From: Fimbriimonadia bacterium | GTDB lineage: Bacteria > Armatimonadota > Fimbriimonadia > Fimbriimonadales > JABRVX01 | Assembly (NCBI GenBank): GCA_041483895.1 | Contig: JBGPGO010000025.1 | Coordinates: forward strand, 1 to 42,755 | DNA: 42,755 nucleotides | Direction of reading: 5' to 3' | Shown: piece after piece, positions 1-10,614 of the stretch | How positions within the stretch are numbered: the stretch's first letter is position 1 | Layout: each line of letters opens with the position of its first letter | The notes under the pieces: model-generated | Told to the model about the DNA's origin: nothing | Database searches by the model: none | What the model saw: the letters and a program-made list of their open reading frames with translations, nothing else | Position numbers and translations under genes: made by a program

Positions 1-2
1 GA

Positions 3-548
3 CGGAACACGAACTTTGATACGGGCCTGAAAAAGGCCACGATCTCGGATCTCGATCGTTCGATTTGCGAGCTCGCGTTCCAGCTTCCGGCCGATGCCGA
101 TCGGTGTCTCGGAGACCGGTGCCTGCTGTTCTCGCCGCCCTGCACCACCTATTGTCTCGAGGTCGTTTACCTGTACCTTAACTCCAACGGCGGCACGGGT
201 CCGCCGCAAACGGCCAGCATCAAGTGGACGGTGAAGGTACCGACACGGGACGATATCCGATGCAATATCGAATACTTCTCGACGGTCGCGGTCGGCGTGA
301 CGCAAAAGTGTAAGATCACCGACGATGTGGCGGCCGCGCTGAACCAGGCATTGGACAATACAGACGACCTCGAAGCGCTGCTGGAGTTCGAAACGATCGT
401 CGCCAACTCGACTATCAGCTTCACGAACCTCGTTGGTGTGGATGGCAAAAAGGATGCCCGGTATCGCACCGGCTACATGATAGATACCATCGAGGAGCCA
501 ATTGGCTGTCTGCTGATTGAGATGGCAAACGCGCTCTTGTTCCATTAG
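3..548 (+). CDS. C-terminal part (5'-truncated by window) of an uncharacterised protein, paralog of 9353-10306
   Basis: Frame is open from base 3 (RNTNFDTGLKK...CLGDRCLLFSPPCTTYCLEV...) to TAG at 548. It aligns by eye with the 9353-10306 product, and both end EEPIGCLLIEMAN[A/S]LLFH. Confidence 0.85.
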   Translation, partial: RNTNFDTGLKKATISDLDRSICELAFQLPADADRCLGDRCLLFSPPCTTYCLEVVYLYLNSNGGTGPPQTASIKWTVKVPTRDDIRCNIEYFSTVAVGVTQKCKITDDVAAALNQALDNTDDLEALLEFETIVANSTISFTNLVGVDGKKDARYRTGYMIDTIEEPIGCLLIEMANALLFH

Positions 549-566
549 AACGCTTGAAGAATGATC

Positions 567-596
567 CGTGGCCTGCCGCGAAAGCTGCAGGCCACG
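567..596 (+). terminator. GC-rich hairpin after the first gene (terminator or transcript-stabilising stem)
   Basis: CGTGGCCTGC...GCAGGCCACG 10-bp inverted repeat just after the stop. No strong U-tract. Confidence 0.5.
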
Positions 597-648
597 TCCG
601 CTTAACGATGTACAATAGAGACAACGCAACGAATGACGGGGTGATGGG

Positions 649-2649
649 ATGAACGGTCTTTTAGCATTGCTATTGGGTTTGGTTGGTGGGCCGCCGAAGG
701 ATGTCCTGGTGGATCTGCCACCAATCTTTACAGAGGAAAGCCATACATTGGCGGCGCCCAATCGAGTCATGGCAAAGTTCACGAACTCGCCTGCGAAACT
801 GGCCGCGCGCATCGCGGGGTTTCCCATCCTGCGGGAAATTCCTCAGATCGGATACACCGTTCTCCTCGTCCCTTACGGCAAGGTCGATTCGTCAATTCGG
901 TGGCTGATACAGGCCGGAATAGTGCAGGAAGCGGAGCCGGATCACGTCTATTTCCCGGCTTACACCCCGAATGATCCCCTGTTCCCGAACCAATGGAATT
1001 TGTTCGATCAAAAGATTCCGCAGGCTTGGGACGTCATCAAGGGCGACAGCAGCACAATCATCGGCGTCTTGGACACTGGGGTTGACTACAATCATTCTGA
1101 GCTGTCGGCCAACATGTGGAGCAATCCGGGAGAGATTGCGGATGGGTTGGATAACGACGGGGATGGCTTGATCGACGATATCCTGGGCTGGGACTTTGCA
1201 TATAACGACAACAACCCGATGGACGACTACGGCCACGGCACGTCTTGCGCCGGCATCAATGCCGCCATTCAGGACAATAACTTTGAGATATCGGGCGTTG
1301 CGCCAAAATGCAAGATCATGAATGTAAAAATCGGGCTGTCGAGCGGATACAGCTACGATTCAATGTTCGCTCCCGGGATCATCTATGCAGCCGACAAAGG
1401 CGCTAAGGTACTCAGCATCAGCTTTTTCTCCGATGACCTGACTCCAGCGCTCCGGGCGGCGACAGATTATGCCTACAGCAAAGGGACGATTATGTGTGTC
1501 GCCGCCGGGAATTTCGACGACTGCATCCCCCTATATCCCGCGGCCTACGATGCCGCCATCGCTGTGGCTGCGCACGCTGAAGGGGACCGGAAGGCGTATT
1601 TTTCCAACTTCGGAACCTGGGTCGATGTCAGTGCGCCGGGCGTCGATATTACCACGGTTACGATGGGTGGCGGTTATACCACCGGTTTCGCCGGAACCTC
1701 CGCGGCGGCTCCCAACGCGGCCGGAATTGTCGCCCTATTGCGCTCGAAATATCCGTCGGAGAATCTGGAGCAAATTCGCCGCAGGCTCGAGTATTCAGCG
1801 CGTCCGATGGCACAGATAGAGGAGGGAGAGGTTGTAAACTACGGCATCCTCGATGCGTGGAACGCGCTGAATTTTTCCCAACCGGGCTCGCAATCGATCG
1901 GCACACTGAACCTACTGGCAAGACCGGAAATCCGAGCGATGGAGCCGATGACGCTCCCCGCGGAAGGCGGGAAGATTGTGCTCGCCGGCCGACGATTCAA
2001 GCCAGGCATGAATCCGATTTCCGTTCTTCTTGGCACAACTCAATTGGCGATAACGAAATGGACGGACAGCAGGATTGAGGCTGTCGTGCCGCCGGGGGCA
2101 ACCGGCGGACCTGTCGTGGTGCGAACGAAGGTGGCGTCCGATCCGGTGAATTTGACGATAGGACTCGCCGGAGCCTCAAAAGAGAACGTGATGACAGACA
2201 TTAGCGATGATAGCCTCGTTCTCGGCGGCACGCTGCCGATCACGGGTGCGGTGCCAGACACATGGTATGCGGACGGGAGCCCATTGCACTTGACCGTAAA
2301 CATCCTAGACGGCAAGCGCGATCTGAAATGGTTGGTGAGGGGATTGGACAAGTCCACCATATCACAACTCACGATCAACATGACGCGGACGGTTCCATCG
2401 GTCTCGGCGAATGCCCAGATTGGAATCTCCATTTACGACTTTTCAACCGGCAGCTATCCGTACGGTAGCTGGACGAGTGCCATCACGGATAAGCCGCTCG
2501 TTGGCACAGCAACCGTCTCAAAGTCCCTCACCGGCGATGTCTCGCGATTTGTGTCCTACGAAGGGGACGTGTATTTTAAGGTTTTTGTATACCTGGTCGA
2601 CAAGAACGCTTGGGTTGACGTGGATCGTTTCTGGCTCGCATGGAAGTGA
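649..2649 (+). CDS. Secreted S8 (subtilisin-like) serine protease with IPT/TIG-like and C-terminal beta domains
   Basis: Hydrophobic N-terminus. Catalytic triad motifs [14 protein letters not shown] and GTSAAAP, oxyanion AAGN, Ca-binding [10 protein letters not shown] loop. Confidence 0.92.
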   Translation: MNGLLALLLGLVGGPPKDVLVDLPPIFTEESHTLAAPNRVMAKFTNSPAKLAARIAGFPILREIPQIGYTVLLVPYGKVDSSIRWLIQAGIVQEAEPDHVYFPAYTPNDPLFPNQWNLFDQKIPQAWDVIKGDSSTIIGVLDTGVDYNHSELSANMWSNPGEIADGLDNDGDGLIDDILGWDFAYNDNNPMDDYGHGTSCAGINAAIQDNNFEISGVAPKCKIMNVKIGLSSGYSYDSMFAPGIIYAADKGAKVLSISFFSDDLTPALRAATDYAYSKGTIMCVAAGNFDDCIPLYPAAYDAAIAVAAHAEGDRKAYFSNFGTWVDVSAPGVDITTVTMGGGYTTGFAGTSAAAPNAAGIVALLRSKYPSENLEQIRRRLEYSARPMAQIEEGEVVNYGILDAWNALNFSQPGSQSIGTLNLLARPEIRAMEPMTLPAEGGKIVLAGRRFKPGMNPISVLLGTTQLAITKWTDSRIEAVVPPGATGGPVVVRTKVASDPVNLTIGLAGASKENVMTDISDDSLVLGGTLPITGAVPDTWYADGSPLHLTVNILDGKRDLKWLVRGLDKSTISQLTINMTRTVPSVSANAQIGISIYDFSTGSYPYGSWTSAITDKPLVGTATVSKSLTGDVSRFVSYEGDVYFKVFVYLVDKNAWVDVDRFWLAWK

Positions 2650-2650
2650 G

Positions 2651-4342
2651 ATGAACACGTTGCGCGAGATTCTGGCCAGCCCGGCGCCGATCACCGTTCG
2701 TGCGCCGCGCGGAACGGCCCTCAACACAAAAGGTTGGGTCCAAGAGGCTGCGCTGCGAATGCTTCTGAACAACCTCGATCCCGAGGTCGCGGAACGCCCG
2801 CTTGATCTCGTCGTCTACGGCGGAATCGGCAAGGCGGCCCGCAATTGGGACTGTTTTCGCCACATCGTTCGCTGCCTCTTGGACCTATCGTCCGATGAGA
2901 CGCTGCTGGTCCAGTCAGGGAAACCCGTCGGGGTGCTTCCCAGCCATCCGGACGCGCCGCGGGTGCTCATCGCCAACTCGATGCTGGTGCCGGCCTGGGC
3001 CAACTGGGAGGTGTTTCGCGAGCTGGACAAGAAAGGCCTGATCATGTTTGGGCAGATGACCGCAGGCTCTTGGATCTATATCGGCAGCCAAGGGATTTTG
3101 CAAGGCACCTACGAGACATTTGCCGCCTTGGCGAAACGGTATTTTTCCGGATCGTTGGCAGGCCGATTGGTTCTTACAGCGGGTCTTGGAGGAATGGGCG
3201 GCGCGCAGCCACTGGCGGTCACGATGAACGGTGGCGTTGCCCTCTGCGTGGAGGTTGATGCGTCTCGCATTGCGCGACGTTTGGAGTCAAACTATTGCGA
3301 TGTTTCCGTAACGACATTAGATGAGGCTGTTCGATTGGCACAAGATGCCGTTTCCGCGAAGCGGCCGCTTTCTATTGGATTGCTGGGAAATGCATCTGAA
3401 TTGCTGCCGGCTTTGTTGGATCGTGGCATTATCCCGGATGTCGTTACGGATCAAACATCGGCGCACGATCCTATGAATGGATACATTCCCGCGGGATTAA
3501 CGGTGGAGCGCGCGGCTACGGAGCGGGTCTCCGATCCGGATCGTTATCTCGATTCTGTCTATACCTCGATCGCGACGCACGTTCGCGCGATGCTCGAGTT
3601 TCAGACGCGCGGCGCCGTTGTGTTCGACTATGGAAACAACATCCGTCAAGTTGCGAAGGACCACGGCGTGGCCAACGCCTTCGATTTCCCGGGGTTCGTT
3701 CCGGCATTTGTCCGGCCTCTATTTTGCGAGGGCAAGGGACCTTTCCGATGGGTCGCCCTATCTGGCGATCCGGCTGATATCGCGGCCATTGATGCTGCCA
3801 TTCTCGAAAACTTTTCGGACGATGAAGCCCTCTGCCGGTGGATTCGGATGGCGGCTGAACGCGTGAAGTTTCAGGGCCTTCCGGCCCGAATCTGCTGGCT
3901 GGGATATGGCGATCGCAAGAAGCTGGGCCTGATCATCAATGATCTGGTTGCCTCCGGTCGAGTCGCCGCGCCAATCGTCATCGGCCGAGATCACCTCGAC
4001 GCGGGCAGTGTTGCCTCGCCGAACCGGGAAACCGAGGCGATGAAGGACGGTTCGGACGCGATTGCGGATTGGGTGGCCCTCAACGCCCTGATCAACGCTG
4101 TCGGAGGCGCGAGTTGGGTTTCCATGCACCACGGCGGCGGCGTTGGGATGGGCTATTCGCTCCACGCCGGCATGGTGATCGTGGCGGACGGAACGCCGGA
4201 AGCGGCCGTTCGGCTCTCGCGTGTCTTGGATACCGACCCTGGATTGGGTGTTTTGCGGCATGCCGACGCCGGGTATGAACTGGCGATCGAGACGGCCGAA
4301 CGGACAGGACTCAGAATTCCGATGCATGAACTGCTGCAATGA
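2651..4342 (+). CDS. hutU: Urocanate hydratase
   Basis: [41 protein letters not shown] and [18 protein letters not shown] motifs. ATG at 2651, one base after the protease stop; the ORF-track start at 2411 overlaps the protease. Confidence 0.97.
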   Translation: MNTLREILASPAPITVRAPRGTALNTKGWVQEAALRMLLNNLDPEVAERPLDLVVYGGIGKAARNWDCFRHIVRCLLDLSSDETLLVQSGKPVGVLPSHPDAPRVLIANSMLVPAWANWEVFRELDKKGLIMFGQMTAGSWIYIGSQGILQGTYETFAALAKRYFSGSLAGRLVLTAGLGGMGGAQPLAVTMNGGVALCVEVDASRIARRLESNYCDVSVTTLDEAVRLAQDAVSAKRPLSIGLLGNASELLPALLDRGIIPDVVTDQTSAHDPMNGYIPAGLTVERAATERVSDPDRYLDSVYTSIATHVRAMLEFQTRGAVVFDYGNNIRQVAKDHGVANAFDFPGFVPAFVRPLFCEGKGPFRWVALSGDPADIAAIDAAILENFSDDEALCRWIRMAAERVKFQGLPARICWLGYGDRKKLGLIINDLVASGRVAAPIVIGRDHLDAGSVASPNRETEAMKDGSDAIADWVALNALINAVGGASWVSMHHGGGVGMGYSLHAGMVIVADGTPEAAVRLSRVLDTDPGLGVLRHADAGYELAIETAERTGLRIPMHELLQ

Positions 4343-5646
4343 AGGACCTGCTTATCACCAATATCGGTGAGCTTTGGACCTGCAGATGCGATCCGCCTTT
4401 ACGTCAAGGAATCTCCGATCTGAAACCTTCCCACGACGACGCAGTGTCAATCGTTAACGGTTTGATAGCTGAAACGGGACCTTCGGATCTGCTCCGATCA
4501 AAGTATCAAGGAAGCCTTGAAATCAATGCAGGAGGATGGCTTGTAACCCCGGGACTCGTTGATTCACACACCCATCCCATATTCGCCGGCGATCGAAGTG
4601 ATGAATTTGCTAGGTGCTGTGCCGGAGAATCTTACCAACAGATCGCCGCTTCTGGCGGCGGAATTGCTAAGACTGTGACGGCGACAAGGAGTGAGAACGC
4701 GAAAAAATTGGCTTCACGGGGAATGCTAAATCTGTCCACCATGTTAAGATATGGCACGACAACAGCAGAAGCGAAGACAGGATATGGACTCGATAGCGCC
4801 GCAGAACTGGCTTCACTCAAAGCCATTCGCCTCCTGCAGCGATCTCAACCCATTGACCTTGTCCCAACTTATCTTGGCGGGCACTTGCCACCACCAGGCG
4901 AAGATGTCGAATCATACGTTGGACAATTGTGCGATACGATGATCAAGTCTGCGTCAGAAAGCCCCTGGCCGCCAAAGTTCAATGATGTATTTTGCGAAGT
5001 TGGCGCATTTGACTTGGGTCAGTCGCGGCGAATCTTGGAAGCGGGCCTTAGCGTGGGCCTGAAGCCAAAAATCCATGCGGAGGAATTCTCATGGATGGGA
5101 GGTGCGAGATTGGCTGTTGAACTAGGAGCTGCTTCCGCCGACCACTTGCTGCACATAACCGAGGAAGATATCGAAATCCTGGCGGCATCCGACACTGTGG
5201 CAACGCTCCTGCCAGGAACGGCGTTCTATTTGGATCTACCGGATCGCCCGCCCGCAAGACGTATGATTTCTAAAGGGTGTATTTTGGCGTTAGCCACAGA
5301 CTTTAATCCTGGCTCCTGCCTTATCGGGTCGCTCCCATTCATCATGGGGCTTGCCTGCCTGCGTCTGCACCTACAGCCATGTGAGGCACTAGCGGCGGTA
5401 ACAGTAAATGGCGCGGCGGCGATTGATCTTCATAGGAGCCACGGACAAATTTCCGCCGGATATGTTGGTGATGTCTTGTTATGGCCCGTACGAACTTTGC
5501 CGGAATTGGTTGCCAAGTTCGTGCATGTTTGTCCGATGGGGATCATTAAAGGCGGCAAAATGGTGTCTCCGATGCAGATTCGCAAGGCTGACGGCAAAGT
5601 TTACAGCTTCAGCCCATCTGTCCCGGACCTCGTCGATTCTGAATAA
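4339..5646 (+). CDS. hutI: Imidazolonepropionase
   Basis: Amidohydrolase motifs [43 protein letters not shown] overlap with hutU. Confidence 0.95.
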   Translation: MKDLLITNIGELWTCRCDPPLRQGISDLKPSHDDAVSIVNGLIAETGPSDLLRSKYQGSLEINAGGWLVTPGLVDSHTHPIFAGDRSDEFARCCAGESYQQIAASGGGIAKTVTATRSENAKKLASRGMLNLSTMLRYGTTTAEAKTGYGLDSAAELASLKAIRLLQRSQPIDLVPTYLGGHLPPPGEDVESYVGQLCDTMIKSASESPWPPKFNDVFCEVGAFDLGQSRRILEAGLSVGLKPKIHAEEFSWMGGARLAVELGAASADHLLHITEEDIEILAASDTVATLLPGTAFYLDLPDRPPARRMISKGCILALATDFNPGSCLIGSLPFIMGLACLRLHLQPCEALAAVTVNGAAAIDLHRSHGQISAGYVGDVLLWPVRTLPELVAKFVHVCPMGIIKGGKMVSPMQIRKADGKVYSFSPSVPDLVDSE

Positions 5647-5675
5647 CTTTCTAAGTGGCAGATTTGAGCATTTCA

Positions 5676-6644
5676 TTAGACTTCGGCTATGCCCAACATA
5701 AACCCATAGGACATCAGCGCTGCGGTCCGAATTGCGCTCCCGTTGTCCAGCGGCGGGGATGTCTCATAGATGCCAAGGGTGCGGACCAATGGATGGGCTC
5801 CCGCGGACCGGCAAATATCGACGGCCTCTTTTGCGGAAACACCTATCGGCGACGGCGCGCTGACTCCCAACGCGTCCGCCATCCGTATCGCGTCCATGTC
5901 AAAGCTCACACCGATGGACGAAACCCTCTCGACGATATCTGAGAGTGCGTCGTTGAATGCTTCCACCATGTCGCCGTACATGATTTCGTCGAAAGGAATA
6001 ATCTTTGCTCCGAGATCAATAAGATACTGTCGATGGGCCGGAGAATTGGCCTGCGGCTGAGTGCCGACGGCAACAAAATCGGTGGCCGAGAAACGCGCAT
6101 CTCCCTTGTCCAGCAGCCTGCGGAAAGGGGTGCCGCTCGTGATCGCATCCCGCACCGGTCGGACGTCGAAATGAGCATCGACGTTTATGATGCCGACGGT
6201 GGCATCGGCCGGCGCCGCTTCGATGAATGCGGCGAGGTGCGGGTATGCGATATCGTGTCCTCCGCCGAGCAGCAGCAGACTGCCGGAACAGGTGCGAAAG
6301 GCGGTTTGGACGATTTCCATCACCCGATCGTGCGTGCCGTCAACGGTAGCCTCCGGACTGATATCGCCGATGTCCGCGCACCGGAAGCGGGACAATTGGT
6401 CCTCATCTCCGACGGTCAACCGGTACAAAGCGCGGCGGATCTCGGTTGGACCTTGGGCCGCGCCAGACCTGCCACCGCCCACGACAATTCCCCGGTCATC
6501 CGGCACGCCCACAATGAGCAGGTCGCACTCCAAGCCGATGATCTGTTCGAGAGTCGCCGGCTTGACAATCTCGCCTAACCGCCGATCTTCGGGATCCCCT
6601 TTCCCAAAAAACAGATCGGCAGAGGCTGGTACAAGGAGGCTCAA
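5676..6644 (-). CDS. hutG: Formimidoylglutamase (arginase/ureohydrolase family)
   Basis: GGGHD, NVDAHFD, TSGTPF and SFDMDA motifs. Overlaps the hutH stop; hut context. Confidence 0.9.
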   Translation of the reverse strand: MSLLVPASADLFFGKGDPEDRRLGEIVKPATLEQIIGLECDLLIVGVPDDRGIVVGGGRSGAAQGPTEIRRALYRLTVGDEDQLSRFRCADIGDISPEATVDGTHDRVMEIVQTAFRTCSGSLLLLGGGHDIAYPHLAAFIEAAPADATVGIINVDAHFDVRPVRDAITSGTPFRRLLDKGDARFSATDFVAVGTQPQANSPAHRQYLIDLGAKIIPFDEIMYGDMVEAFNDALSDIVERVSSIGVSFDMDAIRMADALGVSAPSPIGVSAKEAVDICRSAGAHPLVRTLGIYETSPPLDNGSAIRTAALMSYGFMLGIAEV

Positions 6645-8167
6645 ATAAGATCACCGATCGCCGCCGAGACACTTTGGATCAGCTGGCCCGATTCAATGAG
6701 TTTTGCTACGGCCTGTATGTCCGGCGACGGCGGTCTGTCAGTTAGGTCCGCCGAGACGATCCCTCGAACACTGGCCAGTGCGGCTTCCGTTCCTGCAGCG
6801 CCCCCCTTCCCTGTCTGCGCTTTCCGAATTTGCATGGCGCGGGCGGCGCAGAGCAGCTCGATGGCGAGAATATTCTGCAAATTTGCGCAGATGCGATCGA
6901 GACGGCGGGCGCTTGTCATGCCCATGGACACATGGTCCTCCTGGTTGGCGCCTGTCGGGATTGTGTCGGCGCTGGGAGGGAACGCCAGCGTTTTGTTCTC
7001 CGACGCCAGAGCCGCCGCCGCATAGTGCGCCAGCATCACCCCCGACTCCAAGCCGGGATGCCCAGCGAGAAAGGCCGGAAGCCCTCGGGAAAGAGTGGGA
7101 TTGACCAGCCGTTCCGTCCTTCGCTCCGAAATATTGCCCAGCTCTATCAGGCCGAGAGAAAGGTAATCCATGGCAAGAGCGCACGGCTCGCCGTGAAAAT
7201 TGCCCGCGGAGACGAATTGACCGCCGACGAACAGGGGATTGTCCGTCACGCTTCGCATCTCGGTCTCAAGGACTGATCTGGCATGCCGCTGAGCATCGCG
7301 GACGGCGCCATGAACCTGCGGCGTACAGCGAACGCTATAGGCATCCTGCACCTCGTGGCAGTCCGCATGATGCTCCATCAGGGCGCTGCCGGCAAGTAAG
7401 GATCGCAAATTTGCGGCGCTCTCGGCCTGACCGGCGTGCGGCCGCAACGCCATGATCGCCTCGCCGAACGGTTTTGCCGAAGACAGCGAGGCCTCCACGT
7501 GAATCGCCGCCGCGACGTCGGCGACCAGGAGAAGTTGGCGGGACTTGTGCGTCGACAAGGCGCCGATCGCGGTGAGAAAATGTGTGCCGTTGATGAGCGC
7601 GAGGCCGCATTTTGGACCGAGCGACGCCGGTTCCAGGCCGTGTTTGGTCATAGCAGAAAGGGCATTGCCGCCCTCAACTGGGCCCTCCCCAATCAGCGCC
7701 AGCGCCACGTGAGCCAATGGCGCGAGGTCCCCGCTCGCCCCGAGCGATCCTTGAGACGGAACGACCGGATGAATTGATTTGTTTAAGAATTCGACTAAAA
7801 GTTGGACAATCCTGGGATCAATTCCGGAGGCGCCGATGCTCAGGCAGCTTGCCAGAAGCAGCATGGCCCCACGAACAGCCGGCGTCGGAAGCAAATCTCC
7901 TACCCCGGAGGCATGGCTGCGAATGAGATTGATCTGGAGTTGGCTGGTCTGCTCCGGCTCGATGCGCCTGTCTTTGAGCGGACCAAACCCCGTGTTGATT
8001 CCATACACAGGAATGTCTCCGCTCGCCACCCGGAGGGCGGCCTCGTAGGAGACCTTCATCCGTGTGATTGCGGCGGGAGAGATTTCGACCTCCCGGTGGC
8101 CGACCGCAACTTCCACCATCTGTTCGACGGTGATCCCATCGCCGGTGATGGTGAAGCGATTGGCCAT
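6641..8167 (-). CDS. hutH: Histidine ammonia-lyase
   Basis: VYGINTGFG, MIO-forming GASGDLAPL, QDAYSVRC and NQEDHVSMG motifs. Specificity residues SH (LIRSHASG) are HAL-type. Start MANRF at 8167. Confidence 0.95.
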   Translation of the reverse strand: MANRFTITGDGITVEQMVEVAVGHREVEISPAAITRMKVSYEAALRVASGDIPVYGINTGFGPLKDRRIEPEQTSQLQINLIRSHASGVGDLLPTPAVRGAMLLLASCLSIGASGIDPRIVQLLVEFLNKSIHPVVPSQGSLGASGDLAPLAHVALALIGEGPVEGGNALSAMTKHGLEPASLGPKCGLALINGTHFLTAIGALSTHKSRQLLLVADVAAAIHVEASLSSAKPFGEAIMALRPHAGQAESAANLRSLLAGSALMEHHADCHEVQDAYSVRCTPQVHGAVRDAQRHARSVLETEMRSVTDNPLFVGGQFVSAGNFHGEPCALAMDYLSLGLIELGNISERRTERLVNPTLSRGLPAFLAGHPGLESGVMLAHYAAAALASENKTLAFPPSADTIPTGANQEDHVSMGMTSARRLDRICANLQNILAIELLCAARAMQIRKAQTGKGGAAGTEAALASVRGIVSADLTDRPPSPDIQAVAKLIESGQLIQSVSAAIGDLI

Positions 8168-8172
8168 CGAGC

Positions 8173-9264
8173 TTATAGGTTTCCGCGGACCATCTGTTCG
8201 CGCTCGATTGCTTCGAACAGCGCCTTGAAGTTGCCCTTCCCAAAGCTCTGGCTGCCCTTGCGCTGAATGATCTCGAAGAACAGCGTCGGCCGATCCGTGA
8301 CGGGCTTGGAAAAGAGCTGCAGGAGATATCCCTCTTCGTCCCTGTCCACCAAAATCCCAAGCTCGGCCAGATCGTGGAGCGATTCTTCGATGTTCCCAAC
8401 TCGTTCCGGCAACTGGTCGTAATACGACTTCGGCACGCGCAGGAAGTTGAGTCCATGGCGTTCGCGGATGGACCGAACGGTCCGACAAATGTCCGAGGTC
8501 TCGAGCGCGATGTGCTGGACTCCAGGGCAGCCATAGAAGTCGAGATATTCTTCAATCTGCGACTTCCGCTTGCCCTCCGCCGGCTCGTTGATAGGAAATT
8601 TGACCGTGCCGCCCTCGGACTGCATCACTTTGGACATCAATGCGCTGTACTCAGTGGAAATGTCTTTGTCATCAAAATGCTTGAGTTGGGAGAAGCCGAG
8701 GACCCGTCCATAGAATTCGGCCCAATCGTTCATCTCGCCCCAGCCGACGTTTCCGACGACATGGTCCACGCGCAGCAACCCGACGCCGTCAGTGGACTCG
8801 GCCCGCTTTTCGTATCCGGGCGCGAAGAATCCCTTGTAATTGTCCCGATTCAGGAAGGTGTGGATCGTGTCTCCGTAGGTCTTGATTCCGGCAATATGCA
8901 GTTCGCCGGTGTCATCCGTGAGGGTTTTCGGTTCAAAGGCTATTTGAGCGCCTCGGCCGGTTGTCTCGGCGAACGCCCGCTCAACGTCTTCCACCTCAAA
9001 GCAGATGTCCTGGACCGCGTCCCCATGATCGGCGATGAATTGCGCCATCGGATGGCCTGGTTTCAGCGGCGATGTGAAGACCAATCGGATGTCGCCCTGC
9101 TGAATAATATGGCTGGATTCGTGGCGAACGCCGGTCTCCAGTCCCGCGTAGCCGACATCCTCGAAGCCCATGGCATGGCAATAAAAGTACGCAGCCTGTC
9201 GAGCATTGCTCACATAGAACCGAATGTGGTCGATCCTTCGAATCGGCAGTGTTTCTTGGCTCAT
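8173..9264 (-). CDS. hppD: 4-hydroxyphenylpyruvate dioxygenase
   Basis: DHVVGNV, KFPINEP, SQIEEYL, GVQHIAL, FFEIIQRKG and FGKGNFKALFEAIEREQ motifs. Start MSQETLP at 9264. Confidence 0.96.
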   Translation of the reverse strand: MSQETLPIRRIDHIRFYVSNARQAAYFYCHAMGFEDVGYAGLETGVRHESSHIIQQGDIRLVFTSPLKPGHPMAQFIADHGDAVQDICFEVEDVERAFAETTGRGAQIAFEPKTLTDDTGELHIAGIKTYGDTIHTFLNRDNYKGFFAPGYEKRAESTDGVGLLRVDHVVGNVGWGEMNDWAEFYGRVLGFSQLKHFDDKDISTEYSALMSKVMQSEGGTVKFPINEPAEGKRKSQIEEYLDFYGCPGVQHIALETSDICRTVRSIRERHGLNFLRVPKSYYDQLPERVGNIEESLHDLAELGILVDRDEEGYLLQLFSKPVTDRPTLFFEIIQRKGSQSFGKGNFKALFEAIEREQMVRGNL

Positions 9265-9303
9265 TCGAATCCCTCCAGCAATCCGATTATACCGACAAAG
9301 CTC

Positions 9304-9331
9304 AAGGCCTCGCGCCGAGACGCGAGGCCTT
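9304..9331 (-). terminator. Hairpin downstream of the 9353-10306 gene
   Basis: AAGGCCTCGCG-ccgaga-CGCGAGGCCTT, a perfect 11-bp stem. Confidence 0.6.
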
Positions 9332-9352
9332 TGGGAGGACAGAGCCGAGTAT

Positions 9353-10306
9353 CTAGTGGAACAACAAGGAGTTGGCCATCTCGATAAGGAGGCATCCAAT
9401 CGGCTCTTCATCCGAGTCGATGAGATAGGTGAACAAAAATCGAGCATCCTCGGCGTCGGCAAGGAACCCGAAGTCGACGGCTGAGAACGCGATGGCGGTC
9501 TCAAACTCCAGCAATCTGGTCAAGTCGTCTTCCGGGGAGTCGAGGATGCTGTATAGGAGCTCTTGAACGTCCGAAGTTATCTTCGGCTTCTGGGTAACTC
9601 CGGCCGCAACCGGCACAAAAAACTCGATGATGTTTTTGATGTCATCTATCGTTGGCGTCTTCATTGTCCAAGACATGCCGCGAGTCTCAGGCGCTGAGAT
9701 ACGGCCGTCAGGGAGTCGGATCACATACTGGACCTGGAGGCAGTAGATGGTGCCTGGATTTGAGTAGAGCAACGCCCGATCGCCGAGGCAATACGTTCCA
9801 AGCGGATCCAATTTGAATACGAGCGCGCAGATGCCATCGTCCAGGTGGGTCACATTTGTGGCTGTGCGCTTGTCGAAATTATTGTTGATGCCCTTCAGCC
9901 CCGCGCCCCGGCCTATCAAAGACTTGTTGCACTTGATGAACGGTGTGATTTTGTATATTCGCACCGTCTGGACGATGAGATTTGGATTGTGCGTATCTAC
10001 GCCGTTGGCTTCCAAAAGATCGCGCATCGTGACCGAATCGAGGTTGAGCGTCATCGGCCGAAAGGCATGGAGCGTTTTTCCGGTAAGAGGATCGATCACA
10101 TCACACGGACCGAGCAGGTTCTGAAGCTGAAATTCGGTTTGCCCGGGCGGTGGCGGCGGTGCGGAATTTGAGTTATTTCCGCCGATCTTCCACGAGTCCG
10201 TTGTGTTATTGCCGCCGCCGCCATTGACTGGCGGAAGTTGACCATAGGTTAGAGTGATGGCAGAGAGCAACAAAAGCGCGCTAGAAGTGCGCAAAAATGC
10301 GTTCAC
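9353..10306 (-). CDS. Uncharacterised secreted protein (signal peptide, G/N/P-rich linker, several Cys), paralog of 3-548
   Basis: GTG at 10306 preceded by GGAGGG. Signal-like LRTSSALLLLSAITLTYG-Q. C-terminal half aligns with the window-start ORF. Confidence 0.85.
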   Translation of the reverse strand: MNAFLRTSSALLLLSAITLTYGQLPPVNGGGGNNTTDSWKIGGNNSNSAPPPPPGQTEFQLQNLLGPCDVIDPLTGKTLHAFRPMTLNLDSVTMRDLLEANGVDTHNPNLIVQTVRIYKITPFIKCNKSLIGRGAGLKGINNNFDKRTATNVTHLDDGICALVFKLDPLGTYCLGDRALLYSNPGTIYCLQVQYVIRLPDGRISAPETRGMSWTMKTPTIDDIKNIIEFFVPVAAGVTQKPKITSDVQELLYSILDSPEDDLTRLLEFETAIAFSAVDFGFLADAEDARFLFTYLIDSDEEPIGCLLIEMANSLLFH

Positions 10307-10433
10307 GAGTAATTTCCCTCCCAGTTCAGTAAGTAATACAAACATCTTCGCAGCTGGTGCCACGCGTTGTCCGACAGAGCAATCCTACCAAAGGGTTTGA
10401 CACGTAGCAAGCTATTCGAGGGCAGTTATAGTA

Positions 10434-10613
10434 CTAATGCTTTACTGGTTTGCGATGCGAAAAGATGGTTAATCCAATTGCTCCAACGAATAGTACGTGG
10501 AAACCATATCGATACAGTAAAAACCACCAGGGCTGGCACAATAGTACTAAACCTAAGACGATCATTGACAGGCTAAACGCCTCCATGCCTTGTGCGAATC
10601 TACCAGTTAGCAT
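10434..10613 (-). CDS. Small two-TM membrane protein at the end of the sugar ABC operon
   Basis: ATG directly after the ATPase stop. MLTGRFAQGMEAFSLSMIVLGLVLLCQPWWFLLYRYGFHVLFVGAIGLTIFSHRKPVKH has two hydrophobic segments. Confidence 0.65.
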   Translation of the reverse strand: MLTGRFAQGMEAFSLSMIVLGLVLLCQPWWFLLYRYGFHVLFVGAIGLTIFSHRKPVKH

Positions 10614-10614
10614 A

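Noticed and set aside
2411..2650. Extended N-termini from the ORF track (hutU 2411; likewise hutH 8488, hppD 9504, nadE 24886, ATPase 11805)
   Set aside because: The extensions overlap neighbouring real genes and precede the family-typical N-termini, so downstream starts were chosen.
6641..8167. Tyrosine/phenylalanine ammonia-lyase suggested by adjacent hppD
   Set aside because: The specificity position reads SH (HAL-type), not HL or FL, and a full hutU/I/G set is adjacent.
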